Part shown: one piece after another, positions 1-7,427 of the stretch
Layout of the letters: each line of letters opens with the position of its first letter
Position numbering within the stretch: the first letter of the stretch is position 1
From: Nitrospinota bacterium
GTDB taxonomy: Bacteria; Nitrospinota_A; UBA7883
Length of the DNA: 37,456 nucleotides
NCBI GenBank assembly: GCA_029879765.1
Contig: JAOUPQ010000003.1
Coordinates: forward strand, 1-37,456
Direction: 5' to 3'
Program-made: the position numbers and the translations under genes
The notes under the pieces: generated by a model
The model's input: the letters and a program-made list of their open reading frames with translations, nothing else
Databases searched by the model: none
Told to the model about the DNA's origin: nothing

Positions 1-22
1 TCAAAGCTTATGGGAGGATGGA

Positions 23-421
23 ATGACGAGTAAAAGCGGCAAGAAATTTGTTTTTACGACCCTGGCCGGAGGCTTCGTGATGTGGGTCGTTGCAGGAATA
101 TGGCACAACCTGATAATGGCAAGCTTATATGAGCAGGTTCACGCCAGGCATGAAGGCATCGGAATTCTGCTGATAGCCTATTTCATTCTGGCCATGTTCA
201 TGGCTTATCTGTATCCCTTGGGATTCAAGGGTAAAAACACGGTGAAGGATGGCTTGCGGCTGGGTGTTGTGGTGGGCCTGCTGTGGGTGTTTCCCCATGG
301 GCTGGCCATGGCCGGCGCTCATGGCGAATCCATTTTGTATGTCGCTAAAAATTCCTTATGGCACATGGTGGAGCAGGGAATCGGGGGGATCGTGGTCGCG
401 GTCACATATAACAGGATGTGA
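23..421 (+). CDS. Small 4-TM membrane protein of unknown function with six His residues
   Basis: 132-aa ORF with GGAGG RBS upstream, four hydrophobic segments and Lys-rich N-terminus and middle loop; family not confidently recognised. Confidence 0.75.
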   Translation: MTSKSGKKFVFTTLAGGFVMWVVAGIWHNLIMASLYEQVHARHEGIGILLIAYFILAMFMAYLYPLGFKGKNTVKDGLRLGVVVGLLWVFPHGLAMAGAHGESILYVAKNSLWHMVEQGIGGIVVAVTYNRM

Positions 422-551
422 AGCGTTGATCTACTGGAAGGCGGGTTTAGGCACCCTCCAGCATCCGCGCCATTTCATCAACTTTTTCGACCTTACCCCT
501 CCGCATGAAATAAGCGGGAGCTTGGCATGGGCGCTGCGCAGAATAAATCCA

Positions 552-1487
552 TTACTGTGAAGTCAGGATTGTGCCGTTATCACCTACAGTCACAAACTGG
601 GTTCCAGACCATATCACGTCCCTCAAAGTTGAAGAATGGGACATGGATTTTTGCTGCGTCCAGGATATGCCATCCGGCGATGTCATAATGGTACTACCGG
701 CTGCCACCAACATGCTTCCATTCCACACCACTGCACGTAATGCGCCAGTAGTGGGGGAATGCCGCTCTGTCCAGGTTATGCCGTCCGGGGAAGTCATGAT
801 CACGCCATCACCCACCGCCACAAACTGAGTTCCAGCCCAAGTCACGCCATATAACTTAATTCCGGTCAGTCGAGTATTCCAGGATATGCCGTCCGGCGAA
901 GTCCGGACCTCACCGGTACCTACAGCCACGAAAAGGGTTCCCGACCACGCCACATCTTCTATGTTTTCATATGAATCTAGCCGGTGAACACCCTTCCAGG
1001 ATTCCCCATCCGGCGAAGTCAGGATCCTACCACAACAACCCCCCGCCACGAACTGGGTTCCAGACCATACCACGCTTAGTAAAAAACCAGGATAATTTGT
1101 ATTGTGATCTGTCCATGTGATACCATCCGGTGAAGTCAGAATTTCAAAAGAATTACTAGCTTTTGATCCACCCACAGCCACGAACTTGGTTCCAGACCAG
1201 GTCACGTCATGTAAAAAATACGGATCTATATTTTGCTCCGACCATAAGGTTCCATCCGGGGAGGTCATGATCACGCCGTTACCCACAGCCACGAACTTGG
1301 TTCCAGACCAGGTCACTCCCAGTAATTGGCTCTGGACGCCTGAATCCCTTTCTATCCATTCTTTGCCAATATTGGATGATTCTCCACCGCTTCCGGACGA
1401 TTGACCGCCACTGCAGTCGGCTAGAACAGAGAAGAAAAGAAGGGCCGGAACCAAAATCAGTTTTTTCACCAGAATAGTCGTCTTCAT
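552..1487 (-). CDS. Exported BNR/Asp-box repeat (beta-propeller) protein, possible lipoprotein
   Basis: Signal-like N-terminus ending VLADC, Ser/Gly linker, then seven ~40-aa repeats of the form V(T/V/A/I)WsGtxFVAVG..I(M/L)TSPDGxxW; the seventh is truncated at TSQ. Confidence 0.85.
   Translation of the reverse strand: MKTTILVKKLILVPALLFFSVLADCSGGQSSGSGGESSNIGKEWIERDSGVQSQLLGVTWSGTKFVAVGNGVIMTSPDGTLWSEQNIDPYFLHDVTWSGTKFVAVGGSKASNSFEILTSPDGITWTDHNTNYPGFLLSVVWSGTQFVAGGCCGRILTSPDGESWKGVHRLDSYENIEDVAWSGTLFVAVGTGEVRTSPDGISWNTRLTGIKLYGVTWAGTQFVAVGDGVIMTSPDGITWTERHSPTTGALRAVVWNGSMLVAAGSTIMTSPDGISWTQQKSMSHSSTLRDVIWSGTQFVTVGDNGTILTSQ
1170..1316. repeat. Exact 36-bp intragenic direct repeat (1170-1205 and 1281-1316)
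   Basis: acccacagccacgaacttggttccagaccaggtcac occurs twice and encodes VTWSGTKFVAVG on the minus strand; degenerate copies occur in the other blades. Confidence 0.9.
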
Positions 1488-1624
1488 CGTAAATGCCCCC
1501 TCATGGCAATATATAAATCACTAGCAGTTTCCTGATAGTATGTCATGCTGTGCCTTTGGTGGCAACTATAATTTACCGATTGGATGTGATCTTATACCGG
1601 CTCTGAGATGGTGAAGTTTGAGCA

Positions 1625-2209
1625 TTATGTTCCGTCAAACAAAAGGTTATCTTTATGGATATTTCTATTCAGCGCCACCAAAATCCGCAACGTAAGGCCC
1701 CAAATCTCCTTCCCCTCGAAAACGATTCCCGGCCGGGACGCGCCGGGATCGAATTCACGAACCCTCTCCAGGATATCCAACGGAACCCAGAAAAACTCCG
1801 CCACTTCCGCCGGGGCGATTTCGATCGGCGGTTCTTCCTTCAGCGTCCCCACCACTGGCCATACTACAAAGCCGGTGGTTTTGGTCCGGGTGACCGGCAT
1901 ATGCCCCACTATCTCCACCAAATTGGCAGGGACGCCGATCTCTTCCTCCGTTTCCCGCAACGCGGCTTGAAGTGGCGTCTCGCCAGGCTCGATTTTCCCG
2001 CCAGGAAAGCAGACCTGGCCGGAGTGCAACTCCGGCGCCATGGCGCGGCGAATGAGCCCGATGGCCGGTCCCGCTTTCGAGGGGGCGAAAAGGATCATCA
2101 CCGCCGCGCGCACCCCGGTGTTACTTTCACAGTCCCTGGCGGTTACCGACAGTGACCCCGCGAGCCTGCGCCTGATTTCAGCTATGTTCATCTGGCCATA
2201 ATCGTTCAT
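1625..2209 (-). CDS. Nudix hydrolase, CoA pyrophosphatase (NudL/PCD1-like) subfamily
   Basis: Nudix box GKIEPGETPLQAALRETEEEIGV preceded by the NuCoA-like LIRR..ELHSGQVCFPGG; AAV near the N-terminus and IWGLT near the C-terminus. Confidence 0.88.
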   Translation of the reverse strand: MNDYGQMNIAEIRRRLAGSLSVTARDCESNTGVRAAVMILFAPSKAGPAIGLIRRAMAPELHSGQVCFPGGKIEPGETPLQAALRETEEEIGVPANLVEIVGHMPVTRTKTTGFVVWPVVGTLKEEPPIEIAPAEVAEFFWVPLDILERVREFDPGASRPGIVFEGKEIWGLTLRILVALNRNIHKDNLLFDGT

Positions 2210-2226
2210 TTATCAATTATATGCCC

Positions 2227-2264
2227 ATTGGCCATCCCTTTGCAGGATTGGATCGCCCCTTGCA
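2227..2264 (+). promoter_or_regulatory. Two tandem sigma54-like -24/-12 elements upstream of fwdD
   Basis: ATTGGCCATCCCTTTGCA (2227-2244) and ATTGGATCGCCCCTTGCA (2247-2264) both have GG-N10-GC spacing with TTGCA. A sigma70-like TTGATT-N18-TAGAAT (2270-2299) is an alternative. Confidence 0.4.
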
Positions 2265-2333
2265 TTATCTTGATTGCCTGCTATACACGGAAGTAGAATG
2301 AAAACATATACTTTTAAAGAGTTTAACAAAGCC

Positions 2334-2672
2334 ATGGCCCTGATAGGCATATTGAACACGGCGAGGACTTTGAAGCAGGGCGCCACCATGCATATCGCCA
2401 AGGACGCGCCGGAGTATCTGGAAGCGATAAGCTATGTGGGTGTCTCCGCGCGGGAGATGGAAAAAGCCGGGATCAGCGAAGGCGACGACGTGGTGGTGAT
2501 CAGCGACCATGGCCAGGTGACCGTCCAGGCCAGAAAGATGGATCTGCAGCCCGGCTCGTTTTTCATGCCGCTGTCCTATCTGGCCAACCGCCTGGTATCC
2601 GCCGAAACCCACGGCGCGGGAGTTCCAGGATTCAAGAACACCGTCGTCACCATAAAGAAACCGGACGAATAA
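2334..2672 (+). CDS. fwdD: Formylmethanofuran dehydrogenase subunit D (molybdopterin dinucleotide-binding)
   Basis: ILNTARTLKQG start motif (FwdD-type LxTGRTxxQG), GDDVVVISDHGQV, FMP..ANRLV..THGAGVPGFK; lies directly upstream of fwdB. Start placed at ATG 2334 by alignment to the family N-terminus; ATG 2298 is possible. Confidence 0.88.
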   Translation: MALIGILNTARTLKQGATMHIAKDAPEYLEAISYVGVSAREMEKAGISEGDDVVVISDHGQVTVQARKMDLQPGSFFMPLSYLANRLVSAETHGAGVPGFKNTVVTIKKPDE

Positions 2673-2699
2673 TCTACAATCAACCATGGGAGAGAATCC

Positions 2700-4019
2700 A
2701 TGACAGCAGTAAAACAGGATGAAGGGATCACGGTAACCGAACATGTGGTGTGCCCCTTCTGCGCCACGCTTTGCGACGATCTGGTCATCCATGTGCAGAA
2801 CAACCAGGTGGTGAAGGTGCGCAATGGATGCAACCTGGCCAGGGGAGTGTTCGAAAACGCCCACAAGGAGTGGGCTACCCCCAGGGTAAATGGCAAGGAG
2901 GTTCCCTATGACTCGGCGGTGGAGGAAGCCGCCAGGATTCTGGCCGCCTCCAACAATCCGCTTATCTACGGCCTCGCCGCCACGGATGTGGACGCCCAGA
3001 AAAAGTGCATAGAGCTGGCGGACCTGATCGGCGCGAACCTGGACAACGCCTCCTCGGTTTGACACTCCCCCACCATGGTGGCACTACAGCTCGGCGGTGC
3101 GCCGGCTGCCACCTTGGGCGAAGTGAAGAACCGGGCGGACCTGGTCATATTCTGGGGCTCCAACCCAGCCGAGAGCCATCCGCGCCATTTCACGCGGTAT
3201 TCCGGCTCGGCCAAGGGAAGGATGAACCCCAGAGGGCGCAAGGACCGATACATTGTGCTGGTGGACATCCGCCCCACGCCATCGGTCAAATACGCCGACG
3301 AGTTCATCCAGATCAAGCCGGGGCATGACTATGAGGTGTTGACGGCCATGCGCATGCTCACCAACGGGAACCGGCCGGATATGGACAGCGTTGGCGATGT
3401 GGCGATCCAGACCCTGGAGCGGCTGGTCCAGCGATGCAAGGACGCCCGGCTGGGCGTTCTGTTCTTTGGCCAGGGGATCACCGAAACCCGTGGCAAACAC
3501 CAGAACTCCATGGCCATTTATCAATTCGGGAAGGATATGAGCCGCCACAGCAAGTTCCTGACCCTGCCGATGCGGGGCCATTACAACGTGGTGGGCAGCG
3601 GCAACACCATGTGCTGGCAGACCGGATACCCCTTCGCCGTGAACTTTGGCCGGGGATATCCCCAGTTCAACCCTGGCGAGTTTTCCGTGGTGGACCTGCT
3701 CAAGCGCAAAGAGCCGGACGCGGCGCTGATCGTGGCCGCCGAGCCGATGGATCATCTGCCTTACGAGGCGGCTCGGCATCTGGAAAATATCCCCACCATA
3801 GTGCTGGACCCGAGGGAGACCTTGACCACCAAGATGGCGGACGTGGTGATCCCGGTGAAACACGCCGGGGTCTCCGTGGAGGGGACGGCGTATCGCATGG
3901 ACCACATCCCGATCAAGATGCGGTCGGTGCTCAACTCCCCATGGCCGAAGGATGACGAGCCGTTGTCCACCATCATCGCGCGGATCAAGGCGATCAGGAA
4001 GGAAGAGGCGGAAACCTAG
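2700..4019 (+). CDS. fwdB: Formylmethanofuran dehydrogenase subunit B, predicted selenoprotein (TGA 3060-3062 = Sec121), 439 aa
   Basis: ORFs 2700-3062 and 3075-4019 share a frame and are separated only by one TGA. Read-through gives DNASSV-U-HSPT, matching the FwdB DNxxSVCH metal-ligand motif. C18/C21/C25/C44 [4Fe-4S] motif, TLGEVKNRADLVIFWGSNPAESHPRH and PMRGHYNV (R292/H294) are present; GGGAGAG RBS. Confidence 0.92.
3077..3113 (+). promoter_or_regulatory. Putative bacterial-type SECIS hairpin
   Basis: GGTGGC(3077-3082)/GCCACC(3108-3113), AGC/GCT and CGGCG/CGCCG stems, bulged T at 3091, G-initiated apical loop GTG (3097-3099) 34 nt after the TGA. Confidence 0.72.
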
Positions 4020-5660
4020 ATGGGAATCAGGATAGTAAATGGCGAGGTGATCGACCCTGCCCATGGCGAGGACAGGGTGAAAAGAGACGTCCATATCAAG
4101 GATGGCAAGATCGTGGCCGACGCCGGGCAGGACGCCACCGTCATCGACGCCACCGGCTGCGTGGTGATGGCGGGGGGGGTGGATATCCACACCCACGTGG
4201 CCGGGCCGAAGGTGAACTTCGCCCGCCTGATGAGGCCGGAGGACCATCGATATGAGCATGTGTCCCGGGAGGATGGATATGAGCGATCGGGAACCGGCGG
4301 GGTGGCCGCCACCACATATACCACCGGGTATCGATACTGCGAGATGGGATACACCACCATCGTGGAGCCTGCGGTGCCGCCGCTGGGCGCCCGCCATGCC
4401 CATGAGGAGCTGGTGGACATCCCCCAGGTGGATAAGGCCATATTCACATTGCTCGGCAACTCGGAGATCATCTTCCAATATCTGGAAAAGGGAGAGACCA
4501 GCAAGATCAACGAATACATCTCCTGGATCATGGACGCCACCAAGTCCTACTCGGTGAAGATCGTCAATCCCGGCGGGGCGAACATGTGGAAGTATCGCGC
4601 GGACATCCACGACATAGACCAGAAGCTGCGTGATTTCGACACCACACCGCGCCAGATTATCCTGGCCATAGCCGACGCCATGGCCACCCTGGGCCTGCCC
4701 CATCCCTTGCATCTGCACTGCAACAACCTGGGGGTGCCGGACAGCTATAAGACAGCCATCGCCACCGCCGAGGCGATGGAAGGCCGACCGCTGCACCTGA
4801 CCCATCTTCAATTCAGCAGCTACGGCGCCTCCGGCAAGCGCAAGTTCTCCTCCGAGGCGCCCAGGCTGGCCCGGATGGTGAACGACAACAAGAACATCAC
4901 CATCGACGTGGGGCAGGTCCTTTTCGGCAAGACCACCACCATCACCGCCGATGGACCCTTCGAATATCACCTGCACAAGCTCACCGGCTCCAAATGGTAT
5001 AACGGCGATGTGGAGTGCGAGGATGGATGCGGAGTGGTGCCCTATGACTACAAGCGCAAGTCTTTCGTCAACTGCATCCAGTGGGCGGCGGGGCTGGAGC
5101 TGTTCCTGCTGATTGACGACCCGTGGCGGGTGTATCTGACCACCGACCACCCCAACGGCGCTCCATTTATCACATATCCCCACCTGATCCGCCTGCTGAT
5201 GGACAAGGATTTTCGCCGGGAACAGGTGGAGAAGATCAGCGCGGAAGCCGCCGCCGAGATTCCCCTGAAAGTCCTGGATCGGGAATATACCTTGTATGAA
5301 ATCGCCATTATCACCCGCAGTGGCACGGCCAGAAGGCTGGGTCTTGTGAACAAGGGGCATCTGGGAGTTGGGGGCGATGCGGATGTGGCGGTGTATCGCG
5401 CCAGCAGGAATTGGGAGGAGATGTTCGCCAAGCCGGCCTGGGTGATCAAGGATGGGCAGGTGGTGGCCAAAGAGGGGAAGGTGACCCGGCAGGTGTTCGG
5501 AACTACCATGTATGTCCATCCGGCGCGGGGGTTTGCCGATATCGAAAAGGATCTGGCGGATTTCTTCGAGAGCTATTACACGGTGAACATCAACAACTAT
5601 CCTGTGGGATTGGAATACCTGCCCCGGCCGGAGCTTATCCCCTGTCAGGTGAAGGCATAA
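4020..5660 (+). CDS. fwdA: Formylmethanofuran dehydrogenase subunit A (binuclear amidohydrolase)
   Basis: GGVDIHTHVAGPKVN, YTTGYRYCEMGYTT, KIVNPGG, LHLHCNNLG, HLTHLQF, TTDHPNG and KGHLGVGGDADVAVY; starts directly after the fwdB TAG. Confidence 0.95.
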   Translation: MGIRIVNGEVIDPAHGEDRVKRDVHIKDGKIVADAGQDATVIDATGCVVMAGGVDIHTHVAGPKVNFARLMRPEDHRYEHVSREDGYERSGTGGVAATTYTTGYRYCEMGYTTIVEPAVPPLGARHAHEELVDIPQVDKAIFTLLGNSEIIFQYLEKGETSKINEYISWIMDATKSYSVKIVNPGGANMWKYRADIHDIDQKLRDFDTTPRQIILAIADAMATLGLPHPLHLHCNNLGVPDSYKTAIATAEAMEGRPLHLTHLQFSSYGASGKRKFSSEAPRLARMVNDNKNITIDVGQVLFGKTTTITADGPFEYHLHKLTGSKWYNGDVECEDGCGVVPYDYKRKSFVNCIQWAAGLELFLLIDDPWRVYLTTDHPNGAPFITYPHLIRLLMDKDFRREQVEKISAEAAAEIPLKVLDREYTLYEIAIITRSGTARRLGLVNKGHLGVGGDADVAVYRASRNWEEMFAKPAWVIKDGQVVAKEGKVTRQVFGTTMYVHPARGFADIEKDLADFFESYYTVNINNYPVGLEYLPRPELIPCQVKA

Positions 5661-6478
5661 TGATTACTCTGACGCTTAAGGGAAAGCTTTCTATCCCGCT
5701 GGAGGCGGATTCGGTCACCCCGGACAATTTGCATGACAAGTCCAACCACCAGATAAAGGAGCAGACAGTCTACTGGGGAAACAAGAAGAAGACCATCGGT
5801 GATTTTTTCGAGGTGGAGGGGGAGAGGTCGGACCGGATCACCGTGGTGGGAGATTGCGCCAAGGTGAAGTTGTTGGGGCATAAGATGAGCTTCGGGGCCG
5901 TGCATGTGAAAGGGAACACAGGCTATAACACCGGCTCCTATATGACCGGGGGGGCTATCACCATCGACGGGAACACCGCCGACTACCTGGGCGCCATGAT
6001 GGAGGGGGGGCTTATCGACCTGAAGGGGAACGCTGGCCATTTTGTGGGGGGCGCATACAAAGGGGAGACCGCCGGGATGACCGGTGGCGAGATCATTGTT
6101 CGGGGAAACGTGGGCCACGAAACGGGGAGCTTCATGCGGCGAGGTTTGATCGCCGTGGGAGGGAACGCCGGGGATTTTACCGGGCTTTTCATGCTGGCGG
6201 GGACGATTGTGGTGTTGGGGAAGGCTGGGGAGAGAGTGGGGGCGAACATGAGCCGTGGCTCCATCATCCTGATGAACCAGGCCAGGCTGCTGCCCAGTTT
6301 TCTGGAAAACGGAGTGGTGGCCACCCCGGCGGTGGAAATAGTCTTGGGCAGAGTCCGGGAGCTGGGGCTGGCTCCCGCTGGTGGTGGGCGATATGTGAGG
6401 CACACCGGCGACGTAAACGCAGTGGGGCGTGGGGAGATTCTGATGCGGGTGGTGAACCGGAACCACTTGCAGGTCTGA
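5660..6478 (+). CDS. fwdC: Formylmethanofuran dehydrogenase subunit C (GXGXG beta-helix)
   Basis: MITLTLKGKLSIPLEADSVTPD N-terminus and repeated GxxMxGGxIxxxGN units, GGAYKGETAGMTGG. The ATG overlaps the fwdA stop (TAATG), so the ORF-track start at 5411 is an over-extension. Confidence 0.93.
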   Translation: MITLTLKGKLSIPLEADSVTPDNLHDKSNHQIKEQTVYWGNKKKTIGDFFEVEGERSDRITVVGDCAKVKLLGHKMSFGAVHVKGNTGYNTGSYMTGGAITIDGNTADYLGAMMEGGLIDLKGNAGHFVGGAYKGETAGMTGGEIIVRGNVGHETGSFMRRGLIAVGGNAGDFTGLFMLAGTIVVLGKAGERVGANMSRGSIILMNQARLLPSFLENGVVATPAVEIVLGRVRELGLAPAGGGRYVRHTGDVNAVGRGEILMRVVNRNHLQV

Positions 6479-6522
6479 CTTTCCCATCCGTAACGATAAT
6501 CGTATATATGGAAGTCCTTTTT
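6477..6522 (+). terminator. Possible intrinsic terminator after fwdC
   Basis: Imperfect hairpin GACTT..CCAT / ATGG-AAGTC followed by C-TTTTT. Confidence 0.35.
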
Positions 6523-6555
6523 GTTAAGAACAGGTTTATCAGATAGAAATAAACT

Positions 6556-6585
6556 TTGACATCAACAATGTACTGTTGATATATT
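6556..6585 (+). promoter_or_regulatory. Sigma70-like promoter with palindromic operator in the spacer
   Basis: TTGACA (6556-6561)-N18-TATATT (6580-6585); inverted repeat ATCAACA-N6-TGTTGAT spans 6561-6580. Confidence 0.5.
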
Positions 6586-7007
6586 ACCCTCGGTTGTCTG
6601 CAAGAGGGTTCATATTGCTTTGGATTTGCATCAGTTGGTTTTCCGGGAGAGAGACTGATTGGTGTTGTTTAAAGGGTTGACAGATGTCAGTTTGTAGGCG
6701 GGGTGTTTTTAATCAAGCTGCTATGCAGTCGAGCCACAAAGGCAAATCAACTACCACACAACTCCATCACATAGTCGCAGGAGTAATTCTGCTCATATAA
6801 ATATAAAGCCCTTTTGTTATGGACCGAGCGTAGAAAGCCTTACTTTGTAAGATCATAGTATTTCTGGTTATTTTTACGTTCTTTTTGGGGGGATGGTTGG
6901 AATAGGGGCGAAGTTTCCGCTGGAATGTCGGAGGCAGTTCGTCACCTTGTAAATATTTCGATGTAACGCAAAGTTACCGCGAAACAACTATTTTGGAGGA
7001 GAGAAAG

Positions 7008-7427
7008 ATGAAGAAGCTCGCGTTTGCACTGTTGATTGCTTTGACCTTTACTGGATTGACCGGATGTCCTGGATCCGATCCCGCCAAAGGAACCGCCCAG
7101 TTTTACAATGACCTGGTATACTCCAGCGGTCGGGAGTTCATGGCCAGGTTCGTGGTCGGAGGCATGACCATGGACGCGTGGACCGGCCGATGGTCTGCGG
7201 AAGCCAGCTCGGAGGATTGCGGAGGCCAGAAACCCGCCACCTTGTATCTGGATGGGGATAATTACGGCACCAACGATATAACCTTTGACTGCGATGTTCA
7301 TAACCTGTACAAGGTGACGTTGGTAAATGGCAATATTACCGTGCAGTACAGCACCGGCTCGAAAATGCGGGAGACCGTATCATACGCCCTTCCCGAGGGA
7401 AGCCCGTTTTCGGCCTTGTCGGAGTAA
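7008..7427 (+). CDS. Hypothetical lipoprotein (139 aa)
   Basis: GGAGGA RBS at 6995-7000; MKK, hydrophobic stretch, then lipobox LTGC. Confidence 0.8.
   Translation: MKKLAFALLIALTFTGLTGCPGSDPAKGTAQFYNDLVYSSGREFMARFVVGGMTMDAWTGRWSAEASSEDCGGQKPATLYLDGDNYGTNDITFDCDVHNLYKVTLVNGNITVQYSTGSKMRETVSYALPEGSPFSALSE

Noticed and set aside
570-1320. CRISPR-like array (36-bp repeat)
   Set aside because: Only two exact copies exist, the rest are degenerate, spacing follows the protein repeat inside an intact ORF, and there are no cas genes.
3060-3062. Genome-wide UGA reassignment (Trp or Gly)
   Set aside because: TGA ends fwdC, hypA, hypC, pepA, mgtE, psd and uvrB at their expected C-termini, and no other conserved gene here has an internal TGA.
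2700-4019. fwdB as a pseudogene or as two separate genes (120 aa + 314 aa)
   Set aside because: The stop falls on the catalytic Cys/Sec codon, the frame is preserved, a SECIS-like hairpin follows, ATG 3075 has no RBS and the rest of the operon is intact. A nonsense mutation or sequencing error cannot be fully excluded without reads.
3084-5519. 811-aa minus-strand ORF and other long antisense ORFs (e.g. 19784-21421, 22577-23788, 28981-30417, 31073-32638)
   Set aside because: They lie opposite well-supported genes, carry no recognisable motifs and are expected shadows of high-GC codon usage.
5411-5659. Long N-terminal extensions in the ORF track (fwdC from 5411, hypD from 12469, pssA from 22528, hypA from 15856, uvrB from 30542) as fusions or frameshifts
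   Set aside because: Family N-termini and stop/start overlaps identify downstream ATGs; the extensions are alternative-frame read-through of upstream sequence.
6730-6980. c-di-GMP-I or Moco/Wco riboswitch downstream of fwdC
   Set aside because: GGCAAA and ACGCAAAG fragments occur but about 220 nt apart, without the required P1/P2 arrangement; no convincing Moco-type consensus was seen.
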